64,000 nucleotides of DNA from a virus. Below the pieces are notes generated by a model that had not been told where the DNA came from, ran no database searches, and saw only the letters and a program-made list of their open reading frames with translations. Positions within the stretch are counted from its first letter, which is position 1; the number at the start of each line of letters is the position of its first letter. The DNA is taken from IMG/VR virus record IMGVR_UViG_3300016471_000863; one strand, 5' to 3'. The position numbers and the translations under genes were made by a program. Positions 47,074 through 55,757 of this stretch are shown in pieces.

Positions 47074-47306
47074 GTATTTATGGTATTTTATATCAGAAAT
47101 CTAAAGATTCTTCGCTGACTGCTGTAGAGCAATACAGACTAGAGAGAACAATTGAGGAGAGAAGAAAAAAGATTAAGAGATATCTCTTGCCTTCAATTGT
47201 AGCTATTGTTTGTTTTTTTATATTATTTTTTACTGGTGAGATGATTATTGGTTATGCCACGCAAGAAAACAGAAACAGGGCAGCAGCCGTTGCCGAAACC
47301 CCGTAA
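47070..47306 (+). CDS. Unannotated small membrane ORF (CTG start or -1 frameshift extension of 46774-47073)
   Basis: LSIYGILYQKSKDSSLTAVEQYRLERTIEERRKKIKRYLLPSIVAIVCFFILFFTGEMIIGYATQENRNRAAAVAETP: basic patch then TM helix; fills an otherwise empty gap. Confidence 0.4.
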   Translation: MSIYGILYQKSKDSSLTAVEQYRLERTIEERRKKIKRYLLPSIVAIVCFFILFFTGEMIIGYATQENRNRAAAVAETP

Positions 47307-47865
47307 ATCAAAATCGCAGGGTACAGCAGACCAATCGCTATTGGCATCGAGAAGCATAGCGATTGTATCTAGCAGTTCTGATTCTAAGCCGCAAAAGGCA
47401 TATATAAAGCATATCATAGAGTGTAACTGTATACTTCCTCAATACAAGAACATTTCTCCTCCTGTATTTCATAAATTTATTGTATTTTCTGAATTGAATA
47501 AAGATGGCTTAGTAAAGCCTTCGCTTGTTTCGTGTAATAATTGCAATGTTACCCATAAAATTTTAGAAAGTGGCACTAGTGAGATTATAAAAAAAGAAGG
47601 TTCTAATCTTGTACCAACCATTTCTGACATAGAGACAAATCTTCCTGGGTGGCTTGTAGCTCTTTTGAAGCAGCATGATTGCCCGTTGCCTACATGGCAG
47701 GAAGCTCAATTTGTTATTGAGAATGAACAATGGGGTAAAATACTTGTTTTATCAAGGGAGCCAGATCAAGGAAATGCCGAGAGATATATTACAAAGTATA
47801 TAATATTAATTGGGGAAAATTTATATAAAATAAAGATTGATCAAGAGGAGGACATGGATGACTGA
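47254..47865 (+). CDS. Hypothetical protein with CxC/CxxC metal-binding motifs
   Basis: MPRKK start, IECNC, CNNC..H. Confidence 0.6.
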   Translation: MPRKKTETGQQPLPKPRKSKSQGTADQSLLASRSIAIVSSSSDSKPQKAYIKHIIECNCILPQYKNISPPVFHKFIVFSELNKDGLVKPSLVSCNNCNVTHKILESGTSEIIKKEGSNLVPTISDIETNLPGWLVALLKQHDCPLPTWQEAQFVIENEQWGKILVLSREPDQGNAERYITKYIILIGENLYKIKIDQEEDMDD

Positions 47866-48184
47866 GAAAAATTCTGAATTGGATGGAACTTTTGATAGTT
47901 TTCTATCTGACACGGCAGAGGAAAATGTTGATTATATTAAGCCTAATATAGAATTAAAACTATCAAAAGAAAAGCGCCAGGAGTGTCGTGATATTCTTCT
48001 TGAGATAAGAAAATTTGGCGTTAATCAAAGACAGATGCTTTATCTAATCTATCTTCTTTCATTAGAATTAGAAGATAATGCTACAATGAAAGCATTAGCA
48101 AGAGCTATTGGTGAAAATAGAGAAAATATTGCATCTGATGGTGTTGTTGCCCAGCAGCAAAACAAACTTATATTAGATATCTGA
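47858..48184 (+). CDS. Hypothetical protein
   Basis: SD GAGGAGG before ATG 47858. Confidence 0.6.
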   Translation: MTEKNSELDGTFDSFLSDTAEENVDYIKPNIELKLSKEKRQECRDILLEIRKFGVNQRQMLYLIYLLSLELEDNATMKALARAIGENRENIASDGVVAQQQNKLILDI

Positions 48185-48223
48185 TATTGATTTATTTTGA
48201 TTTTGCAATTAGAATTTGTAGTT

Positions 48224-48652
48224 TCAACCAAGTATTTCTGGAGCCCTGCCGACATTTTCAAATTGAATTTTATAATCTTCAAAAGAATAGGTAAATGTTA
48301 TGGTTTGATTATCGGTTGAATTAGAATCAAACTGTGAATTCTCAATATCAATTGATCGCAGATTATAGAAATAGTATTTTTGATATATTGTTCGAACACC
48401 GTCAGTATCGTTATAAACAAATATAGCTAATGAGTCCAAGTTAGCAACTGAAGCAATGTCTCTTGTAAAATAATCTCCATTTATTACTTGAATAATTGGA
48501 TTTGAAAATTGCAATATGATTTTATCATCGGTATTGGCTTCTGTTCCAGAAATTTTTGGAAGAGATATTTTGCTTATCAAATGACCTGTTTCTCCATTTA
48601 ATAAGAGAAAGAATTGATTCTTTTTTGCAGGTAGAATTTGAACAGTTGGCAT
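48224..48652 (-). CDS. Hypothetical protein, possible tail-tube (gp19/Hcp)-like fold
   Basis: C-terminal YYFYNL..IDIENSQFDSNSTD..TITFTYSFEDY resembles tail-tube C-termini. Confidence 0.4.
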   Translation of the reverse strand: MPTVQILPAKKNQFFLLLNGETGHLISKISLPKISGTEANTDDKIILQFSNPIIQVINGDYFTRDIASVANLDSLAIFVYNDTDGVRTIYQKYYFYNLRSIDIENSQFDSNSTDNQTITFTYSFEDYKIQFENVGRAPEILG

Positions 48653-48655
48653 GTT

Positions 48656-48943
48656 TCACATCATTCTTTCATTGACTCCCACCAAACGTCGCTTTACGCC
48701 ATCGGGAAATGTATATTCACATTCCCCATAAAGTGAGTGTTCACCATCAGATGCAATCTTGTAAACGCCGCCAGGAATCTGTCTATCTAATTTTGAACTA
48801 ACTATATTGCCGGTAGCTGGATCTATGAAATGAATCCAATGTAGAGTTATTTCTCTAAAATATCCATGTGTATTTGGAATGGCTCTGAATACTCTTTCTA
48901 ATCCAGCACTCATTTTATTTGTTCTAGGAGCTTGTATTGACAT
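48656..48943 (-). CDS. Hypothetical protein
   Basis: SD AAGGA; compact ORF. Confidence 0.55.
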   Translation of the reverse strand: MSIQAPRTNKMSAGLERVFRAIPNTHGYFREITLHWIHFIDPATGNIVSSKLDRQIPGGVYKIASDGEHSLYGECEYTFPDGVKRRLVGVNERMM

Positions 48944-48971
48944 GCGTTAATTCCTTTTTTAACTAGATATA

Positions 48972-49664
48972 TTATTTATCATCTAGTTCTTTGTGTATTT
49001 CGGCAATTGTCATAAATGGAACTTTATATCTAAAAGGAGTTGTTGTGACTGCTGTTCTCCATTTTTTCCATAACAAGGATCCTGGGGTTACGATGGTTAA
49101 TCCACCAACACCACCTACAGGTGATCCCATGCCATCAAATTTTCTTTTCATTGAATTTTTTGTAGTATGTCCGCTAACTGAATGAGCGAGTATAGAACAT
49201 TGTTCTAATCCAACTTGACATAGAGAATCTCTTAGCTTGTCTGCAAATCCATTATCTCCGCCAACTCCTGGTCCATCCCCGGTAGAGCAGCAATACAATG
49301 CGATAACAATTTTTTTATTATCTTTAGCTACTGCATCTTTTATTAGATAGGCAAAATTTTCTAAATCAGGTATACGAATACCTAATTGAATTTTTCTGGT
49401 TAACCCATGACAAAAGAAAGCAATACCATCTATGGGTCCAGATTCTTTTACTCTTTTTTTAATAAAATCATATACACGTTGCCTGCGTGTACTTTCGGTT
49501 TTTGACAGGTCTACACGCAAATGATTAGCAGCAGGAATATTATGAAATTTCATGAATGCTAATGCTTCTGGCAAAAAGGCACCGGTATAGTCAGCAGGCT
49601 TATCGTCGCTATTTCTATCTCCTGTAAAAACTAATATATTTTTTGCATTTATTGTTTCACTCAT
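48972..49664 (-). CDS. Putative clan CD (caspase-fold) cysteine peptidase-like protein
   Basis: IAFFCHG and VIALYCCSTG His-Gly/Cys pattern followed by FADKL. Confidence 0.45.
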   Translation of the reverse strand: MSETINAKNILVFTGDRNSDDKPADYTGAFLPEALAFMKFHNIPAANHLRVDLSKTESTRRQRVYDFIKKRVKESGPIDGIAFFCHGLTRKIQLGIRIPDLENFAYLIKDAVAKDNKKIVIALYCCSTGDGPGVGGDNGFADKLRDSLCQVGLEQCSILAHSVSGHTTKNSMKRKFDGMGSPVGGVGGLTIVTPGSLLWKKWRTAVTTTPFRYKVPFMTIAEIHKELDDK

Positions 49665-49737
49665 TTTAAACTACTTGGTGATATACAATAAATATTGTTT
49701 GTTATCAAAATACTACAAAGTTTAAAAATAGCTTATT

Positions 49738-49977
49738 TTACCTGCTAATTTGTTCATATATCTCATCTATTGCTATCTCTAGCGATAAAAAATTTTTTGA
49801 AGCAGCGATTATATTTACAAAACCACATTTATTTGCCAGCACATCTTCTTCAAGAATTGCCAAAGCTAAATATTCCGGGGAATATATCAAGAAGATTTCG
49901 CTATCTATCGTTAATCTTGCATAATTTACAAGTGCATTTAGATTTTTTGTTGTAATACTACCTGCTATATCTTCCAT
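49738..49977 (-). CDS. Small hypothetical protein
   Basis: 79-aa ORF filling the gap. Confidence 0.4.
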   Translation of the reverse strand: MEDIAGSITTKNLNALVNYARLTIDSEIFLIYSPEYLALAILEEDVLANKCGFVNIIAASKNFLSLEIAIDEIYEQISR

Positions 49978-50024
49978 ACAATATGCTATTGTATCAAGAA
50001 AAAGAAAACGAATAAATCTATTTA

Positions 50025-51368
50025 ATGAAAATGAAACACATTTTAAAAGAATATATTGAATCTCAAGTTAAAGCAATCCTGAAAGAAGGATTTTATGAAA
50101 ATCCAATGACTACCATTCAAGATGTTTTGAATTCTTTTAGTGGTAAAACTTTAATATTTTTTGATACCGAGACAACAGGACTTTCTGGTACAATGAAATG
50201 GTCGCAGATAACCGAAATTGCTGCGGTAGCATTTGATGACAATGCAAAAGAACTAGGGCAATATCATACAAAAATTAATCTAGGCAATGTTGTTAAAAAT
50301 GAAATAGAAAAGCAAAAGAAAAAACAAAAAAATCAAGAATTTATAAATTTTCTGCAAAAGGAATTGCCAAAACCAGAAAATATATTACAGCTAAAAAACT
50401 TAGAAGAATTTCTAGAGGAATTGGGAACGTCGATACGTAAACAAGAAAATCTTCCAAACAAGAAAAATTTGATAAAATTACAAAAAAATTTACTTGATCA
50501 GCTTTCAAAAAAAATTGAAGAAATATCTGGCGGACAGAGTGCTGATACAAAAAAATTTCCATCTTTAAATAACGATAAGAACTCTTTTAATATCCAAAAT
50601 GAAATTGAAAAAATTATAAAGAATTCAGAAAATACAGCAGGGTTTCATCTTGAAGAAATAAGAAATTTTATAGAAAAAATAACGCAAAAGAATTCATGGG
50701 AACCAGGACGCCAATCTATTGAAGATGTTCTAAAGCTCACAGGATATTATAGTTCAGATGATCCCTCTGTTAAATACATAGAGGAAGGCGAAGCATTAAA
50801 AGGGTTTGTAGAATTTATAAAATCATTTTCAAATCCATTGTTAATTGCCCACAATGCAACATTTGATATGATGCAAATCAATAACGGAATGAAACGACGT
50901 AATTTAGGGGTTTTACCAAAAGACATTCCCGTTTTAGATACGGTTAAATTAGTAAAAAATTATATACATCCACTATTGAGAATATTGAAAGGTGGTTCAC
51001 CGCCCGAAATAACAAAAAGGCTAATAGTTGCTCTATCTTATCCTGCAAAAGATATAAAAAATATGGATATAGAGCAATATAAGCAATTCATTGACGAACA
51101 AAATATAGATGAAATTTATCAAAATGTTAAAAACCTATATGGTTCACTAAAACATTTGGCGGCTGGATTAAATGTTGAATTAAAAAATTGGCATTCCGCT
51201 GTTGCAGATGCCACAGCATTGTCTGGGGTTCTACAGAAACTTTCACAAATAATGACTAGATACGAAAAATTTGAACAAAGATTTGAGATGCAAAGAAAAC
51301 GAGCCTCTGATATTGGTTATCGACGTTCGCAGGAATCAAAAAAGAAAAGAAAAGTTAATTTAACTTAA
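50025..51368 (+). CDS. DEDDh 3'-5' exonuclease (DnaQ-like) with N-terminal leader and helical insertion
   Basis: FFDTETTG (ExoI), IAHNATFD (ExoII), WHSAVADA (ExoIII). Confidence 0.88.
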   Translation: MKMKHILKEYIESQVKAILKEGFYENPMTTIQDVLNSFSGKTLIFFDTETTGLSGTMKWSQITEIAAVAFDDNAKELGQYHTKINLGNVVKNEIEKQKKKQKNQEFINFLQKELPKPENILQLKNLEEFLEELGTSIRKQENLPNKKNLIKLQKNLLDQLSKKIEEISGGQSADTKKFPSLNNDKNSFNIQNEIEKIIKNSENTAGFHLEEIRNFIEKITQKNSWEPGRQSIEDVLKLTGYYSSDDPSVKYIEEGEALKGFVEFIKSFSNPLLIAHNATFDMMQINNGMKRRNLGVLPKDIPVLDTVKLVKNYIHPLLRILKGGSPPEITKRLIVALSYPAKDIKNMDIEQYKQFIDEQNIDEIYQNVKNLYGSLKHLAAGLNVELKNWHSAVADATALSGVLQKLSQIMTRYEKFEQRFEMQRKRASDIGYRRSQESKKKRKVNLT

Positions 51369-51545
51369 TTCCCTAATAATTTGCTGTTCTAATAAATCAA
51401 TTAGTTCTGATGCACGAAATGTAAATGTTTGCTCTAATGCCGGATAAATAAAAGTAATTGAGAAATTATCGTTTTTATTACTTGTCATATAATAGTTGTG
51501 TAAGAACCGGACATAACGGTATATGTTGGTTTATTGTTAGACATA

Positions 51546-52355
51546 TCAATTTTCCTCATGGTCAGCGTCTATTAGCGTTCCGATTTCTATTATCCTTGGA
51601 GAAGGGTCATATTGTATTCTGGTTCTTTCGGAGAATAATTCTTCTGTATATAGATTTCTTCTATGCACCCATTGATCAAGCAACAAGAAGTTAGTTCCTT
51701 TTTCAAGAACGTGTCTATACGAAGTTGGAAGGTCTGGACGTTCTCTTATTTCGGTTTTATGTCGTCGCCGTTCCAGTTCTACCGTTTCAACGGTTATTTC
51801 CCATATTCTTTCTTCGCCAAGAAGCTCTACTGCTGCCACTCCTGGCTCTCTTTCCCAAGCGTGTATTCTAACAGGGAAATCATATGGATTGCGGATTATG
51901 AGATCGGGTTCTGTCCAGTTAACGGTAGCATCAAGACCGGGATCTATATATGTCATATATCTGGAATGATGTTGAGCGTTAAGGATCTCCATTCCGGAGA
52001 ATATGGCTGCGGCGTGTAGAGTGCTTGACACTTGACATATACCACCTCCTGGCGCTATAAAGATTTCTCCATTAAGGATTGTCTTAGCTTGTCTCCATCC
52101 CCGAGAGGCTGTTCTTGGTCCCAGGAGGCGATTATAGGAAAGGGATTGTTCTGGAAGGAGAATGGTTCCATCCAGTTTTCTCATGGCTCTACGAACGTTA
52201 TAGGCACGATTACGTATGATATCTTCCCCTGCATAATGGAAGTGAGTTTCATATGCACCAAGAGTTGTGGTGCCCACGGAGATATCCTGGGCAATAACTG
52301 CTGTAGAGAACAGAATACTATTAAGAACTAATGCTATTAGAAGACGAATATTCAT
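51546..52355 (-). CDS. VanW-family secreted protein with G5-like C-terminus
   Basis: Signal peptide; NRAYN, SYN..LGPRT..GW, GGGICQVSSTL, HS..Y..PGLDATV, DLIIRN; ends RIIEIGT. Confidence 0.88.
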   Translation of the reverse strand: MNIRLLIALVLNSILFSTAVIAQDISVGTTTLGAYETHFHYAGEDIIRNRAYNVRRAMRKLDGTILLPEQSLSYNRLLGPRTASRGWRQAKTILNGEIFIAPGGGICQVSSTLHAAAIFSGMEILNAQHHSRYMTYIDPGLDATVNWTEPDLIIRNPYDFPVRIHAWEREPGVAAVELLGEERIWEITVETVELERRRHKTEIRERPDLPTSYRHVLEKGTNFLLLDQWVHRRNLYTEELFSERTRIQYDPSPRIIEIGTLIDADHEEN

Positions 52356-52463
52356 GCTTTGATGATACCATTACTATGTTATGATTTATAATAGAAAATT
52401 GTAACCCATATGAGAATTTTTTGAATTATAATTTTTTATAAGCATTAAGTGAAAATAAAAAAG

Positions 52464-52499
52464 CAAAAAGCTATCAAATTTATGTCTAATAGCTTTTTG
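52464..52499. terminator. Possible terminator (AT-rich inverted repeat)
   Basis: CAAAAAGCTAT-N14-ATAGCTTTTTG. Confidence 0.4.
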
Positions 52500-52544
52500 A
52501 GTTTATGAACTATACTTGTTTAAACAGTATGAATATTAAACAAT

Positions 52545-53708
52545 TCATCTCTTTCTGAGTTCTTTTTTTATTGATTCACGAATGTAGTCTCTTATCGATG
52601 CTAAAACTTCTTGATCCGCTTCTCCACGTCCTCTGGTTTCTGGATTAAAAATAGCTACTATTTCGGGTCTAACTTTTTCATGAACAGCTTTTGCTATATT
52701 TGGAAATGGCATATCAAGTTTTTCAGGATCATACTTAAAGAAGAGATCTTTGAGATGTGTTATTGCATTTTCTTCTGTAATTTCTCCTCTTAAATAATCT
52801 GTTATGAATTGCCTTTCTGCTTCATTCAGATCTTCGACATTCATTGCTAATTTTATATTATTTATTTCTTCAAGGCTAAGTTTAGTAAAATCTTCAGGAG
52901 AAACATCAGCTAGTTTTATATCTAAATTATTTAATAATTCTGTGATAAATTTTTCAATTTCTTCATCAATAATTTTTATTAAAACATTGTGTACTTCTGC
53001 AATAGCTTTATTAAAATCTTCTGGATTTTTTAAATTGACTTTGCCTTTTCTAACGGCTTTTAAAATAGCAGAAATTTTTTCACGACTTTTGCCTTTGAAT
53101 ATAGGAGCCAATGAAGTCATTTGAGACAATTTTTCCATCGCAGCGGCTTCTATTTTTTCTGCCATTTGTTTTGTAACATCTAATACATCTGCAATTTTTT
53201 GCAATGTTTCTTCGCCAGTTTGATAAACTGGTTCCGGTCTTTTTTCTGTTTCTTCTGTATCTACAACAGAAGATGTTTCTAATCTTTCTGAACCTGGGAT
53301 CCATTTTCGTAATGAATCTTTCAGTGCTTTAACGGATAAAAATTGAAGTGAGGGAAATTCAGAACTAACTTGTTTTATGTCTTCTTTATTTTCTATTGGA
53401 GAATAAAGTTTGTCAATTAAATCTTCAAGAGAAAACCCTAATTTTTTTTCATTAAAGAGCTTTACAAATGTTGGATATTTTCGATTTATTTCGTCAACAA
53501 CATTTTTTTTAACTTGTTCTGTGGTTTTTAGTTCTCTTGTTTGTTTAGCTTCTTTAAGAATTGCTTCTTTTATCATTGAACGAATTTCATTCACAGAAAT
53601 TTTCTTTGTGCTTTTTGCAACTGGTTTACGTTTTGTAGCGGCTTCTGCAATTTGCATGGCTGCAACTTTGCGGATTAAAGTTCTTAATTCATTTAATTTT
53701 ATTTTCAT
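52545..53708 (-). CDS. Hypothetical protein with sigma70 region-4-like HTH and repeated amphipathic leader motifs
   Basis: ETLQKIADVLDVTKQMAEKIEAAAMEKL parallels TLEEIG..LGVTRERIRQIEAKALRKL; MKIKLNELRTLIR start. Confidence 0.55.
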   Translation of the reverse strand: MKIKLNELRTLIRKVAAMQIAEAATKRKPVAKSTKKISVNEIRSMIKEAILKEAKQTRELKTTEQVKKNVVDEINRKYPTFVKLFNEKKLGFSLEDLIDKLYSPIENKEDIKQVSSEFPSLQFLSVKALKDSLRKWIPGSERLETSSVVDTEETEKRPEPVYQTGEETLQKIADVLDVTKQMAEKIEAAAMEKLSQMTSLAPIFKGKSREKISAILKAVRKGKVNLKNPEDFNKAIAEVHNVLIKIIDEEIEKFITELLNNLDIKLADVSPEDFTKLSLEEINNIKLAMNVEDLNEAERQFITDYLRGEITEENAITHLKDLFFKYDPEKLDMPFPNIAKAVHEKVRPEIVAIFNPETRGRGEADQEVLASIRDYIRESIKKELRKR

Positions 53709-53762
53709 TTTATACCCATAGAAATCTTTTTGTAATTATTTGAAGAAATTATGATTCACATA

Positions 53763-54053
53763 TCAATCTTCAGATTTTTTTTCTTCAGCAGAGGAATTTG
53801 AATTTTTAGAAGAGGATTCTGAGGTAGAATTGGCAGCACTCTTATCAGCCCATCTACGTCCAAAGTATAAAACTGTAAGTGGTGTTAGATAACTCATTGC
53901 CTCTGTGCCGGAAAATTCTCTTATTTTAATACCGAAAGCTTCTTCTACAATAGACACAAGAAGCCATAGGGTAACTACGGTAAATCCTATTACCATCATG
54001 GTAAATGAAGCAGATTTTTTTCCATCACTTTGTTCTAAAAGAGGTACTTTCAT
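53763..54053 (-). CDS. Small two-TM membrane protein, holin-like
   Basis: Two hydrophobic segments, YFGRR, charged tail; follows spanin-like genes. Confidence 0.5.
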   Translation of the reverse strand: MKVPLLEQSDGKKSASFTMMVIGFTVVTLWLLVSIVEEAFGIKIREFSGTEAMSYLTPLTVLYFGRRWADKSAANSTSESSSKNSNSSAEEKKSED

Positions 54054-54074
54054 ATAAATCCTTTTTATTAAGTA

Positions 54075-54650
54075 TTAATTGGCAGCAACAAATCCCATTA
54101 GGAAACCACCAATAACTCCAACGAGTAAACCACCAGCACCAACTAGCACAGCATCCCATGGAAATTCTGAACCACGATTAATAACTCGCTCGTTTAATCT
54201 CATTAATCTGGCAATCTCAGCATCTCTTGCCTCTATAACAATACGAAAACGAGCACGATCCCCATTAATCTGTATTCGTAATTCTTCTACTTCTGTTCGT
54301 AATCTTAAATCATAAGCGGTTCTTATGCTTTCCATAGATACCGCCACACGTTCTTGATAAGCTTCAAGTTCAGCTATAATATAAGCCGCTTGTTCACTTG
54401 AAAAGAAAACGCCTGGATATGGTGCTCTAAACTCTTGATTTAGAGTTAAGGCAACCGGTGATGGAGTAGGAGTTGGATTAGGCTCTACTGCGGGCACCAC
54501 AACGGCTTCTACAGGGGCTAACTCAATAGGAGGCATATCTGGGAAGCCATGATCATCTACAGCGGTTGTAGAGCCTCCTGGAAGGTTTCCTGTAGTGCAA
54601 CCAACCAATAGGGTGATTAATAAGATATGTGAGATTAGTTTTTTAATCAT
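54075..54650 (-). CDS. Lipoprotein, spanin-like, with C-terminal hydrophobic helix
   Basis: Lipobox LVG/C, Pro-rich linker, coiled coil, AVLVGAGGLLVGVIGGFLMGFV. Confidence 0.6.
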   Translation of the reverse strand: MIKKLISHILLITLLVGCTTGNLPGGSTTAVDDHGFPDMPPIELAPVEAVVVPAVEPNPTPTPSPVALTLNQEFRAPYPGVFFSSEQAAYIIAELEAYQERVAVSMESIRTAYDLRLRTEVEELRIQINGDRARFRIVIEARDAEIARLMRLNERVINRGSEFPWDAVLVGAGGLLVGVIGGFLMGFVAAN

Positions 54651-55063
54651 GGTGTTGTCCTTCCAAAGCCAAATGTTCTGTTATAGCTATCAACCAAGTC
54701 TGAAGAATTATTTGTTAGCTCATTTGTTCTTATGGAACGATTTCTGCGTATACGATCTATTTGTTCTTGAAGATCGGATCTTATCTCTTCCACTCTTCTT
54801 TCATAATCTCGTCTGAGGGTTTCTCTTGCTTCTCTTTCGGAAGTAACTGTATTATTTAGTTGGGTAATGGTATTATGATTTTGAGCGATAGCCGCATTTT
54901 GTTCTTCAATAAGGGCAGACATATCAGAATTTCTTTGATTTATTTCATTAAATCTCTGATAGGCAAAATAACCGGCTACCGCCACTCCAACAATAAGGAG
55001 CAACGATAGCCAGTTGTTAATAAAAAATGATTTAACTAAGTTATTTGTATTTGGCGTTTCCAT
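54647..55063 (-). CDS. i-spanin-like inner-membrane protein
   Basis: N-terminal TM then long coiled coil; ATGA-coupled to the lipoprotein. Confidence 0.6.
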   Translation of the reverse strand: METPNTNNLVKSFFINNWLSLLLIVGVAVAGYFAYQRFNEINQRNSDMSALIEEQNAAIAQNHNTITQLNNTVTSEREARETLRRDYERRVEEIRSDLQEQIDRIRRNRSIRTNELTNNSSDLVDSYNRTFGFGRTTP

Positions 55064-55064
55064 G

Positions 55065-55463
55065 CTAGTTCATTTCGTGTTTTTTTGGAATTCTTGTTAA
55101 AGAATCAAAATCTTTATTATCAGACTGTTTATCTGACGCATTATCGGAAGTTTTTACGCCAACTAGGTCATTAGTTCCAAAGACATGATATATTTCTTCA
55201 ACCATGGTTGCCGCATTTAGAAGCAAATCATTTGATGCTTTTTGATTTTCCACAACATCATTTAATTTAACAAGTAAGAAATTCATAACTTTCTCTACAT
55301 TTGATAGGCGTTTTTCTAATTTTTCTAATTGTATAGAATCTAAGTTTGTTATTTTATCTGAGACGAGAGCATATAGTTCGGAGTCTTTTTTCACCTCTAC
55401 TATTTCAACATCCTTACCGTTAAGCACATCAAAAGCTTTTTTAATTCTATTGAAGAATGTCAT
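55065..55463 (-). CDS. Hypothetical coiled-coil protein
   Basis: SD GAGG; heptad pattern. Confidence 0.55.
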   Translation of the reverse strand: MTFFNRIKKAFDVLNGKDVEIVEVKKDSELYALVSDKITNLDSIQLEKLEKRLSNVEKVMNFLLVKLNDVVENQKASNDLLLNAATMVEEIYHVFGTNDLVGVKTSDNASDKQSDNKDFDSLTRIPKKHEMN

Positions 55464-55481
55464 AGGAACCTCTTTCTTTTA

Positions 55482-55757
55482 TTATGTATTTTTCAATTGC
55501 TGTTCTATTAGAGAATAGATTGTATCTGCATCTGCTTTTTCTAATTTTCTATCTAATGCTCTATCTAATTTATACTTTTTTGCTCCTTCGTATAATGCCT
55601 CTATTTGTGGGTCGCACATAGCGACTTTTGTTGCTATATATGAGAAAAATAATTGTGGATTTAGACCTTTTTGAAAAAGAATTCTTCTCAAGTCGAGTAA
55701 TTGTTGATGCTCAAATTGAAAAGTAATAGTTCTCTTTTCAAGTTTTTCCAAAATCAT
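55482..55757 (-). CDS. Hypothetical protein
   Basis: ATGA-coupled to the upstream gene. Confidence 0.55.
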   Translation of the reverse strand: MILEKLEKRTITFQFEHQQLLDLRRILFQKGLNPQLFFSYIATKVAMCDPQIEALYEGAKKYKLDRALDRKLEKADADTIYSLIEQQLKNT

